IMG/VR virus record: IMGVR_UViG_3300031555_003590
Span: 1 to 64,000 of that record
Origin: a virus
Lineage: Duplodnaviria; Caudoviricetes
DNA length: 64,000 nucleotides
Direction: 5' to 3' (one strand)
This document shows positions 46,472-55,580 of the stretch, in pieces. The notes under the pieces were generated by a model. That model did no database searches, was not told the DNA's origin, and was given only the letters and a program-made list of their open reading frames with translations. Position 1 is the first letter of the stretch. Every line of letters begins with the position of its first letter. Both the position numbers and the translations under genes were made by a program.

Positions 46472-46975
46472 TCAAATATATTTAAAATAAGTTTTCTCAA
46501 TTTTTTGTGCAGGAATTTTATCTATTTTATTATTTTGAATAGATGCACCATATTTACCTGCACATTCTTTACTACAGAAATGAGGTTTATTTCTATTTCG
46601 TTTATCAGTTTGAGCTTTAGTTGGAGTAAACATCTTACCACATATCGGACATTTAATATCTTTAACTTCAACTCTAATTGCATCATTTTTGGTATGTTCT
46701 TTACGAGGTTGGATATCTAAATTATGAGGCAAATTATTAACTACATTCCAATCTTTATGATGAATGGTATCAGTATCTTTTATAAGTTTATTTATTTCAA
46801 TCTCTTTTAACGCTTTTGGGTAAGAAATTGTTTTTGTCTTACCTTTTATATTTTTTGATTTAGATGAGTCATTTAAAACTATATGTAATCTACCATCATC
46901 TCTTAGATATGGACCGTAAACTTTATCATATTCTGAATATAATTTCAGAATAGGACTTAAATCTTTATTATCCAT
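46472..46975 (-). CDS. Free-standing HNH endonuclease with C-terminal Zn finger
   Basis: IHHKDWNVVNNLPHNL......EH; CPICG...FCSKEC. Confidence 0.85.
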   Translation of the reverse strand: MDNKDLSPILKLYSEYDKVYGPYLRDDGRLHIVLNDSSKSKNIKGKTKTISYPKALKEIEINKLIKDTDTIHHKDWNVVNNLPHNLDIQPRKEHTKNDAIRVEVKDIKCPICGKMFTPTKAQTDKRNRNKPHFCSKECAGKYGASIQNNKIDKIPAQKIEKTYFKYI

Positions 46976-47010
46976 ATTATTAAAACCTCCAATATATTAA
47001 GATGAAATAG

Positions 47011-47038
47011 CTGTGTCTGCCAATTCCACCACACCGGC
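47011..47038 (-). pseudogene. Orphan 5' half of a tRNA-Leu
   Basis: GCCGGTGTGGTGGAATTGGCAGACACAG versus the intact exon GCGGGTATGGTGAAATTGGCAGACACAA (24/28 identical). Confidence 0.8.
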
Positions 47039-47162
47039 AGATAAATGGCACTAACGTAGTTCCCACGGCTCTTTTTTCACCCTTCTTTATATAAAGTTAG
47101 GATGCCTCTCGCACTAGCTGTGCTAAGGTTTTAAGAATACTATATAGTATTCTTATTGCAAT

Positions 47163-47239
47163 TGGTGGGCCTTCAGGGGCTCGAACCCTGGACCTGCAGA
47201 TTATGAGTCTGATGCTCTAACCGGCTGAGCTAAAGGCCC
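47163..47239 (-). tRNA. trnI2: tRNA(CAT), most likely Ile2 (lysidine type)
   Basis: GGGCCTTTAGCTCAG...CTCATAA...AAGGCCC-ACCA; the acceptor resembles Firmicutes Ile2 and lacks the fMet C1:A72 mismatch. Confidence 0.9.
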
Positions 47240-47290
47240 AAATATATTGTTTTAATAAATTTAGATATATTGTAATTTAAATTCAAAGAA

Positions 47291-47308
47291 ATAATATATA
47301 ATTGAAAA
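47291..47308 (-). promoter_or_regulatory. Early-type promoter of the tRNA operon
   Basis: TTTTCAATTATATATTAT about 50 nt upstream of the first tRNA, after a terminator at ~47370-47402. Confidence 0.65.
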
Positions 47309-47410
47309 ATGAGGTTTATTTTTTAACCGTAAATATTTGTATATCTTTATTCACTTTTTATTTTAAAAATAGGATGGGGCAATTTTATATACCCCATCCT
47401 ATGATTATGA

Positions 47411-48646
47411 TTACTTCTGATTCTTAATAAAGTTTTTGACACGCTTGAAAGCTTCATCAGAACCAATAAGTCCTGCATTGTAATCAATGATGATCTCACT
47501 GATAACTTCATGACCATTATAAGATACAATCTTATTAGCCATATCATTATCAATTGCAATACCAGCATTCCGAAGATCACTTACGAAACTGGCACAATCA
47601 GTTTCGATAGCTACAGCATTGATATCTTCTTCAGAAGCTACATTCATGGGATCAGCTACTACAAGTTCTTCAGGTTCAACTTCTTCAGTTTCATCCTTAA
47701 TAAGATATGCACTGATTTTATCACAGGCATTCACTGCAGAGATCTCACCATTCTTGAATTCACTCAGAATATCATTGATGTTTTTATCATTGGCATATTC
47801 CATCAGATTAAATACCTGATCTTCATTGAGATGAACATCCTTGCTACTAAAGATATCCTGAACATTATCCATGAACTCAGTGACATTAGTAGCATGAACC
47901 TTATTATCAGTTTCTTCTTCAGGTGCATCATTGAGTACATTAACAACTTCATTAGGTTCAATATTACCATTGACAGGACTACCATAGCAGTACTGATAAG
48001 CTTCTCTAAGATAAGAAGTCATCTGATAAGAATGATTGGTGAGAATATCATCAGCCATTGCAACGTGATCATCTTGAACATTGATTTCATTATATACAAA
48101 GCCAACCTTATTAGCAAGCTTATACATAACTTCATTGAGTTCATTTACTTTCTTTTTCTTAAGGAATTGAGGAACTTCAACATCTTTCAGATCTTCATGA
48201 AGATCTTCAATGGACTTCTGAGTATTGATCCATTCAGAAGTATCCATTGCAGCCTGAAAGATTTCTTCCCATAACTTAGCAGCTTTCTTCATTCGATCAG
48301 TTGTTTTCTTACTTACCTTGTGAATTTCAGATATAAAATCTTCTTCAGGTTTATTGTTGTTTTCGATAAGATGTTCTTGTTTATGATCTTTAGATTTATT
48401 TTTCCCAATTCTAGGAATCTTAATATCGAAATTTAAAGAATCATCGAACCAGGAAGCAGAAGCCAATGCAATGAAAGCAGAACTAGTAAGAACTTCGATA
48501 CCATTTCTGGCAATAACATCAATATATTTATTACCAGTAGTATTTTTCTTCAGAACATTATCGAGTAGAATATTGCTACAAATACCAGTACCATAAATAG
48601 CAACAGCAGAGATTTTACCAACAGGGATAGTGATTTCTTTTTTCAT
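47411..48646 (-). CDS. Hypothetical acidic protein with N-terminal hydrophobic segments
   Basis: GGAGG RBS; 411-aa ORF. Confidence 0.75.
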   Translation of the reverse strand: MKKEITIPVGKISAVAIYGTGICSNILLDNVLKKNTTGNKYIDVIARNGIEVLTSSAFIALASASWFDDSLNFDIKIPRIGKNKSKDHKQEHLIENNNKPEEDFISEIHKVSKKTTDRMKKAAKLWEEIFQAAMDTSEWINTQKSIEDLHEDLKDVEVPQFLKKKKVNELNEVMYKLANKVGFVYNEINVQDDHVAMADDILTNHSYQMTSYLREAYQYCYGSPVNGNIEPNEVVNVLNDAPEEETDNKVHATNVTEFMDNVQDIFSSKDVHLNEDQVFNLMEYANDKNINDILSEFKNGEISAVNACDKISAYLIKDETEEVEPEELVVADPMNVASEEDINAVAIETDCASFVSDLRNAGIAIDNDMANKIVSYNGHEVISEIIIDYNAGLIGSDEAFKRVKNFIKNQK

Positions 48647-48681
48647 TTTAATTTCCTCCGATTTTTAATTTCATATTTTAA

Positions 48682-49083
48682 TTACATTTTGGAACCAATG
48701 GAAGCCATGTAGTTTATAACTTTTGCCATAACTTTTGCATAAACACCAAATGCTAAGCTGCATTGTTTAATAAAATCTGGATCATCAGCATTACAGTTGG
48801 TATCAATTGAAATAAAAACTGGATGATCATAATCAGCAATACCTTTGTTATTTACTCGAATCATAGAAACTTTATCATTGCTAACAAAATAGATCTTCCC
48901 AATTACATCACCGATATCAGGATTCCCACCAGTAGATGTAATCACATTGAATTCACGTTTTGAGTTGTAAATGTGAATAAATCTGGCAGGATAAGAGATA
49001 TCAAGAGTATAATATCCAATATCATTTACAGATGCATTTTCTATAAACTTCTTGACATCATTGAAAGTGTATGTATTTTCCAT
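48682..49083 (-). CDS. Hypothetical protein
   Basis: AGGAGG RBS; upstream TATATATTAT motif. Confidence 0.7.
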   Translation of the reverse strand: MENTYTFNDVKKFIENASVNDIGYYTLDISYPARFIHIYNSKREFNVITSTGGNPDIGDVIGKIYFVSNDKVSMIRVNNKGIADYDHPVFISIDTNCNADDPDFIKQCSLAFGVYAKVMAKVINYMASIGSKM

Positions 49084-49228
49084 TTGAAATTTCCTCCTAA
49101 ATTATAATCAAATTCCTAATGAATATAAACAATTATCTCATCTATATTCTACATTTATAATATATACACAAACTATTAGAAGATACGATAAAAAAAAGAA
49201 ATAGGAGCTATATAGCTCCTATTTCTAA

Positions 49229-50320
49229 TTAATATAATAGCATTTGTAAGTTAATTGGATACTCAAAGAATCGTTTATTATTTAATGCTTCTACTGATTC
49301 AATATCAATCTTATCAATGATTTGAGATTTAATAGAATCAATATCAGTATCAGATAATAAATCAAATTGAGTTTCAATACTAGTACATTGAAATGCTTGT
49401 TTAATATCATCTCTATAATCTTTTGGAAATAATTGAATCACCGAATCAATAGCTGAAAAATCTCTTAATACAATATCTTTATCTAATCCTTGTTTCAATA
49501 GATTCATAAACTTGCTATATCCAAATCCTTTTGCAGATCTAATATTTCTAATCTTACTTCCTTTAATAGATAATAATAAACGATAATAAAGTTCAGAATT
49601 GAATATAGTTAAATCAAATGGTGATTCATCTTTAATAATTGATTGTACTGTAGAATCAATATCACTACACACATTAAATTCAGAATACTTTCGTTTGATA
49701 TAAATAGTTGCAAAATTAGGATTAAATAAATATAATGTATCAAATATATCTCCAGTAATTATTACATTCTTTGCATTATTAAATGTTGATACGATATATG
49801 GAATAATACTTCCATCAAATGTTTTAGATTCTAAGAAATAACAATTTGGAATATATGATAAAATCAATTTAATTTCTGGAATAATAATTGTATTTAATAC
49901 ATCACCCATTAATCTAAACTGAGGATTTTGTGTATATCGATTGTAATAAAAATTTCTATAATATTTATTATATACTGACATTTGTTGCGGATATTGTTGA
50001 TCTAATGCAGTATGATATAAATATACTTTTACATTACATTTTTCTTTTAGAAAATAACTTCTATAATTACCAATCAAATTTAGAATAGATGATTCTAATT
50101 CAATCACTAATTGTTGTTTATGAAAATTGACTAAATTCAACAATCCTCGTTTCATACTTAAATTTTTTAATATACATTCAAAGTTAATAAATACATTAAC
50201 TTCATCTCCTGATTGAATATTAATTGTATGATTATGAATATGATGATTAATCATATCCCATTTTAATCTATATACTCCTGCTACTACACCTATTCCAGGA
50301 GTGTATGTTTCTATATTCAT
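49229..50320 (-). CDS. Divergent 5'-3' exonuclease / T4 RNase H (FEN/PIN-like) protein
   Basis: VIITGDIFD and H3TH-like IRSAKGFG; adjacent to primase; several catalytic acidic residues appear substituted. Confidence 0.5.
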   Translation of the reverse strand: MNIETYTPGIGVVAGVYRLKWDMINHHIHNHTINIQSGDEVNVFINFECILKNLSMKRGLLNLVNFHKQQLVIELESSILNLIGNYRSYFLKEKCNVKVYLYHTALDQQYPQQMSVYNKYYRNFYYNRYTQNPQFRLMGDVLNTIIIPEIKLILSYIPNCYFLESKTFDGSIIPYIVSTFNNAKNVIITGDIFDTLYLFNPNFATIYIKRKYSEFNVCSDIDSTVQSIIKDESPFDLTIFNSELYYRLLLSIKGSKIRNIRSAKGFGYSKFMNLLKQGLDKDIVLRDFSAIDSVIQLFPKDYRDDIKQAFQCTSIETQFDLLSDTDIDSIKSQIIDKIDIESVEALNNKRFFEYPINLQMLLY

Positions 50321-50331
50321 TAAAATACCTC

Positions 50332-51303
50332 CTATACTTTACTCTCTACAAGTTTTATTTTATCAATTTTAACTCCAACATCTTTTGATATAATATTTTT
50401 ATAAATTAATATAGATCCAAATATCCATTTATATTTTTTCAATTGACGTTTTAATTCTTTTTCATTTACGTCATTATCAATATAAATTTTTATAATGATA
50501 TTATTTCCAATAAATCCCTTTGAAATAGCATATTCAACTCCACTAATATAATCTGAACCTAATGTAGCTATATATGCAGAATTTTCATCATTAAAATTTT
50601 TATATATTGATAATACATCCATAACTCCTTCAGCAATATTAATTATAATTGAATCTTGTGTAAATAAATCTAATGTAGTTTTAATTGTATAGAAAGATTT
50701 ATTACCAGATGAAAATAATGTAATTTTTCTCCACCGATCACCTTCATCTGAAAATGATCTAGTTAGTAATACTGATTTATCATCTGATAAAAATGTAATA
50801 CTATCATTATTGCTTGGCATAGTATTTTTAATTCGCTGATTAGTTATATATGGAAATACTGAATTCATATCCCAGATAATTTTAAATTTATCAAAATCTT
50901 CTAATGTAAATCCATTACCTAATCTATGTTCTATATAAGCGATTTGTTTTGAATTTATTACAGGAACTCCAGTAATTAATTCAATATTAGTTTTTGTTAT
51001 AGAACCAATTTTATTGAATCTTTGATTATCAATTTTATTTATTAAATCGGATTTTATCCCAAGTTTTCTTAGAAAACTACTAGTAACTTTACCGCTCTCA
51101 TTACATTTAAAACAATTAAACAATAATGGCTCAGTTGGATTATTAAAATCGCATTTAATATAACAATGAGAATCATTTAAATCTTTTTGACTATCTCCAC
51201 ATATAGGGCAACGAATTCTATATTGAATTGAATTAACTTTTTTAAATACAGTACTATGATTTTGAATTTCATCTAGTACTCGTTGTTTAATATCATTTGT
51301 CAC
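50332..51303 (-). CDS. DNA primase (T4 gp61-like)
   Basis: CPICGDS...FNCFKC zinc-binding domain; TOPRIM IAEGVMD...YIDND...KD. Confidence 0.9.
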   Translation of the reverse strand: MTNDIKQRVLDEIQNHSTVFKKVNSIQYRIRCPICGDSQKDLNDSHCYIKCDFNNPTEPLLFNCFKCNESGKVTSSFLRKLGIKSDLINKIDNQRFNKIGSITKTNIELITGVPVINSKQIAYIEHRLGNGFTLEDFDKFKIIWDMNSVFPYITNQRIKNTMPSNNDSITFLSDDKSVLLTRSFSDEGDRWRKITLFSSGNKSFYTIKTTLDLFTQDSIIINIAEGVMDVLSIYKNFNDENSAYIATLGSDYISGVEYAISKGFIGNNIIIKIYIDNDVNEKELKRQLKKYKWIFGSILIYKNIISKDVGVKIDKIKLVESKV

Positions 51304-51361
51304 TATAATACCTCCTTAACCCTGAGAGTTTCTCTATATATAAACATAATATATATTTTTA

Positions 51362-51374
51362 AATTATATATTAT
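51362..51374 (+). promoter_or_regulatory. Early-type promoter of the tubulin gene, back-to-back with the primase promoter
   Basis: AATTATATATTAT on plus; TATATATTAT on minus at ~51346-51355. Confidence 0.55.
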
Positions 51375-51506
51375 GAATGTAAGAATATAAAAAATAAAAC
51401 TTAGCTATTAATTCTATAATGAAACAAGGAGGTATTTTCTTTATTTCTAAACAACTAACACATATCCTAGTTATAACTAAAATTTACTTTAAGGAGGATT
51501 TTTAAA

Positions 51507-52676
51507 ATGGAAAAGAAAATTTGTATAATTGGTGTAGGTAATTGTGGAAGTCAGGTAGCCCAACTTGCACAAAATAAGTATCCTGATTTATTTGATTGCA
51601 TCTATATTAATAGTAGTGAATCTGATCTTGCTATGGTACGTGGTGAAGATTCACTAAAATTCAAAATTGGTAAAAAGGAAGAAGTAGAAGGATCTGGTAA
51701 GAATCGTACCAAAATGAAAGAATATCTGATGACAGATATTAATAAAATTCTAACAGATGAATCTCTTCAAAGGACTATTGTAAATAAAAAATATTGTTTT
51801 ATTATTTCTTCCGCAGCAGGTGGTACTGGTTCTGGTGCAACTCCTGTACTAATGGAAATTATGCGTCAGATGTATCCTGATACTAATTTTGTTTTAGTTA
51901 GTGTACTTCCTCAAATTGCTTCTTCTCTTATGGAACAAGGCAATGCACTAGAATTTTTAAATGAACTTTATGATGTACTTGGTGAATCTACTACTTATAT
52001 GATCTATGATAATGAAAATACTTCTGATCTTCCTCCTACTAAAGCTCTTGAAGTAATCAATGAAAATATTGTAGAAGATTTACGAGTTCTTTCTGGTGTA
52101 GATAATTATCCAACTCCTTATGAAAGTATTGATGAAGCAGATATGGAATCTATTATAACTACTCCTGGTCGTCTGTTAGTAGTTAGACTTAATAAGAAAC
52201 TGACTGAAAAGGCTATGGAAGATAATAACCTTGATGAAATTATTATTAAAGGTATTAAACAGTCTGCACATGCTGAAACAGATCGTAATAAGAAAGTTGT
52301 TCGTTGGGGGATTATCACATATTTTACTGATGCAGTAAATAAACTATATACTTCTGATTTAGAAAAACTAGCAGATTTCATTGGTACTCCTATTGAAAGA
52401 TTTAATCATAATGCAATTAATAATAATAATGAGTCACTAAACTTCTTGTATATGATTGCTTCTGGTTTATCTCCAATCAATGATCGTGTTATCAAAATTA
52501 CTGATCGTATTTCAGAATTAAAAGCTGCACTTGCTAGTGATGATAGTTCTCGATATATTCTATCTGGTGATGGTGCATCTTATGATGTATTAGAAGCTCG
52601 TCGTAAAGCGGATAAAAGAGCTAATACTCCTGAAGAAATTAATCCTGCAGAGATCTTCAAAAAGTTTATGAAATAA
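51507..52676 (+). CDS. phuZ: Phage tubulin (PhuZ/TubZ/FtsZ family)
   Basis: IIGVGNCG, EGSGKNR, AGGTGSG signature, YDNE, IDEAD T7-like loop. Confidence 0.9.
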   Translation: MEKKICIIGVGNCGSQVAQLAQNKYPDLFDCIYINSSESDLAMVRGEDSLKFKIGKKEEVEGSGKNRTKMKEYLMTDINKILTDESLQRTIVNKKYCFIISSAAGGTGSGATPVLMEIMRQMYPDTNFVLVSVLPQIASSLMEQGNALEFLNELYDVLGESTTYMIYDNENTSDLPPTKALEVINENIVEDLRVLSGVDNYPTPYESIDEADMESIITTPGRLLVVRLNKKLTEKAMEDNNLDEIIIKGIKQSAHAETDRNKKVVRWGIITYFTDAVNKLYTSDLEKLADFIGTPIERFNHNAINNNNESLNFLYMIASGLSPINDRVIKITDRISELKAALASDDSSRYILSGDGASYDVLEARRKADKRANTPEEINPAEIFKKFMK

Positions 52677-52754
52677 AATAAAAATGGAGGGGATAAAACT
52701 CCCCTCCATTATCTACTTTATTTTACAATTAATTTATACAAGAGGTGGAGTTAT

Positions 52755-54053
52755 ATGGAAAATATTAAAACTAAAATTATTCAAGGTACAAAAGATAAAA
52801 TTGGTAAAACTGTAATTGAACCTTTAAATTCATTAGTAGATCAAAATATTTCTGATATCACAACCACTATTGGATCATTCGTAATTAGATCTATTAGAGG
52901 TAGATTTCAAAGAAGTATTACATTTACTATTGGTAATAGATATGCCGATATTTGGATGGAAGAAGCTCTATATGGCATTTTATATAAATATAATAATATT
53001 AAGAAAAGTAGTAGATTGGAATTAACTAATAATGCTAAAGTTAATGATGGAACTGGTATGTATTATCGACTTGATGATGGAACTCATAATTTGAAATATC
53101 GCAATTATGAAATTTTATTAGTAATTCAATCTACTAATACTGCAGGATTAAATGGAAGAAGTTATCCTAGTAGAATTTATACTATCATCACATATAACCT
53201 AAGCATTGATTTTGTTAGAGATTTTGAACGAGATATGATTTCTCATCGTAATAGTTTATTAAAAATTAAAGCTGATTCTCCTGTTGTAAATGTATATAGA
53301 GATCTTCATGAAGGTGATGGATACACTTATTGGGAGAGAATGGGAAATATTCCTAAACGTAGATTGAATACAGTATATCTTCCTAGAGAAACTAAAGAAT
53401 TAATTGTTAATACTGTAAATGAATTCTTTTCTAATAAAGAATATTATAAAAAACATGGAGTTGCTCATAATTTAAAAATTCTTATGCACTCGCATCCAGC
53501 TGGAGGAAAAGATACAATAGCTAGAATGATTGCATCTGAATGGAATAGAAATTTATATTACTGCACAGGTGGTAAAAATGGTTTATTTATTCCTAATGCA
53601 ATTACTGATAATAGTGATGATGTTAATTATCCTGTATTTTTAATTTCTGATATTGATAGATATCCTTATTTAATTAATGAACCAGATGTAAATCCAGACG
53701 ATGAAGGATCTAATAGAGAAGAAAAAATTAAACATAAACAAACTTTTGCAAATATGATTAATGCATTAGATGGTATTTTATCTGGTGAAGATAGAATAGT
53801 TATTATGACTACTAATCATATTGAAAAGTTTAGTGAAACATTTCTTCGTCCAGGTAGAATAGATTTAATTCTTAAATTAGATTATGTTTGCCCAGAAGTA
53901 TTTAGAAAATACGTTCATGATTTTTATGGTGTTGATTTACCAAAAAATATTAAAGTTAAAGAAAAGACTACAATTGCTATGATGCAATCTGATGTAGTAT
54001 TTATGAAGATGAGTGTTGAAGAGTTTCTAAATAAGTATACAATTAAAGAATAA
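52755..54053 (+). CDS. BCS1-like AAA+ ATPase with atypical Walker motifs
   Basis: RRLNTVYL, SHPAGGKD (Walker A), LISDID, INALDG, MTTNH...LRPGRID. Confidence 0.8.
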   Translation: MENIKTKIIQGTKDKIGKTVIEPLNSLVDQNISDITTTIGSFVIRSIRGRFQRSITFTIGNRYADIWMEEALYGILYKYNNIKKSSRLELTNNAKVNDGTGMYYRLDDGTHNLKYRNYEILLVIQSTNTAGLNGRSYPSRIYTIITYNLSIDFVRDFERDMISHRNSLLKIKADSPVVNVYRDLHEGDGYTYWERMGNIPKRRLNTVYLPRETKELIVNTVNEFFSNKEYYKKHGVAHNLKILMHSHPAGGKDTIARMIASEWNRNLYYCTGGKNGLFIPNAITDNSDDVNYPVFLISDIDRYPYLINEPDVNPDDEGSNREEKIKHKQTFANMINALDGILSGEDRIVIMTTNHIEKFSETFLRPGRIDLILKLDYVCPEVFRKYVHDFYGVDLPKNIKVKEKTTIAMMQSDVVFMKMSVEEFLNKYTIKE

Positions 54054-54089
54054 AAAAGAAAGAGGGATTTAAATCCCTCTTTCTTTTTT
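54052..54089. terminator. Perfect 38-bp palindrome / terminator
   Basis: AAAAAAGAAAGAGGGATTT|AAATCCCTCTTTCTTTTTT. Confidence 0.8.
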
Positions 54090-54146
54090 AATTAAAATAA
54101 TACCCTCTCACCCTGAGTAAAATGCAGTTCGAATTTTCAATTATAT

Positions 54147-54264
54147 ATACTATGTGTAAACATAGTATGTTTACATACTATGGTTACCACCATAGTATGT
54201 TAAACTATACTATCATAATATATGATATTGATATATCATATATTATGTTACAACATAGTAGTTT
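54147..54264. repeat. Cluster of alternating inverted ATACTATG/CATAGTAT repeats plus a 15-bp perfect inverted repeat
   Basis: Units at 54147, 54161, 54175, 54191, 54207 and 54254; CATAATATATGATAT-TGAT-ATATCATATATTATG at 54214-54247. Confidence 0.85.
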
Positions 54265-54300
54265 CTAAGTGGGATTTTCTTTTTTATAATTTTTTAAAAA

Positions 54301-55485
54301 TTATTCTATATTTAATTTATTTTCTATAATAGATATTCTGCTATTAATATTAGATAATTCTAATTGTATTTTGTATAATTGATTTGTTAACATATCACTT
54401 GGTAAATTATTTACTACTGAATCTAAAGTATGTTGGATTGATTTAACTTTAGAATTTAATTCTTTAACATCTTGATCACTAGCTTTAGATTTTAATTCAT
54501 TTTTCATACCACTAATTTCACCAATAGTAGATAAAGAATTAACTAAACTAGATACAGTATCATTTAAATTAATAAAGTCAACTCTATTAGCTTTATCTTG
54601 TAATATTTTATCTAAATTAGTAATATCAGAAGTATGTAATTCAGGTAAATCTCTAATAGTTAACATTTCACCTTTAGTAACTAAACCATTACTATCTACT
54701 TTAATTTTAGTATAAGTACCAGGTGTTATAGTTTTATTAGAAGATACTTTATTGGATAATTCTTTACTAATAGCATCTAATGAATGTTGAGAAGCTAAAT
54801 TGACTATATTAGATTCTATTTGATTTATTCTATTAATTAATTCCATTGGGATATCATTAATAGTTAATTTATCACCAGATAATACTCTACCATATTGATC
54901 AATAGTTACTTTTGCAAAAGTACCTGAATTAGTTTTAATACTAGGAATATCATTATCATTATCACTAGTTAATGATATTGAATTAATTGATGAAATAAAA
55001 TCTGATAATCCTTCAATTTTTGAAATTGGTAGTATAGGAATATCACTAGCAAGTAAATCACTAGTAGATATTATTCTACCATCTGAATTATAATTAACTT
55101 TAATTCCTGTACCTGATATTTCTTTTAGTGTACTAGATACAGGTTTAATCATTTCAATAATAGAAGATTTAAAAACATCAAAATCTCTATTACTAGCTTT
55201 ATCTTCTAATGACTTTCTTAAACTAACTATTTTATCAATTGATAATTCTGGAATGTCGGTATGTTCTAATTTAGTACCTTGTAAAATTAATCCATGTTTA
55301 TCATATGCTACTTTACAAGCTACACCAGGAGGAATATCAGTATTAGCATCTAATCTACGTTGATCGTTTATTTTTAATGCATTAACTGTTTTACTTATAT
55401 TATCTACTTTAGTAGATAATGATTCTACTAAATCTCTTAATTGAACAATTAATTCTGTATTCATAATCAATATCTCCTTTGACAA
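54301..55485 (-). CDS. Fibre-like virion protein with four GT(Y/F)xKVxVDxxGxV...DIPxL repeats and coiled coils
   Basis: Repeat motif typical of phage tail/collar fibres. Confidence 0.7.
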   Translation of the reverse strand: MSKEILIMNTELIVQLRDLVESLSTKVDNISKTVNALKINDQRRLDANTDIPPGVACKVAYDKHGLILQGTKLEHTDIPELSIDKIVSLRKSLEDKASNRDFDVFKSSIIEMIKPVSSTLKEISGTGIKVNYNSDGRIISTSDLLASDIPILPISKIEGLSDFISSINSISLTSDNDNDIPSIKTNSGTFAKVTIDQYGRVLSGDKLTINDIPMELINRINQIESNIVNLASQHSLDAISKELSNKVSSNKTITPGTYTKIKVDSNGLVTKGEMLTIRDLPELHTSDITNLDKILQDKANRVDFINLNDTVSSLVNSLSTIGEISGMKNELKSKASDQDVKELNSKVKSIQHTLDSVVNNLPSDMLTNQLYKIQLELSNINSRISIIENKLNIE

Positions 55486-55580
55486 AATTTGTAATATTTA
55501 TTAGAAATTGGTCAATTATTTAAATCGACTCAGTATTAACAGATAAATTTATAAAACTAGTAAAGGAGGTTGAATGATCA

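Noticed and set aside
45079-46720. Plus-strand ORFs 45079..45345, 46120..46302 and 46421..46720
   Set aside because: Antisense to tRNAs, the intron and the HNH gene; typical tRNA shadow translations.
54097-54135. GTTCGAAT as a tRNA T-loop
   Set aside because: No flanking T-stem or cloverleaf.
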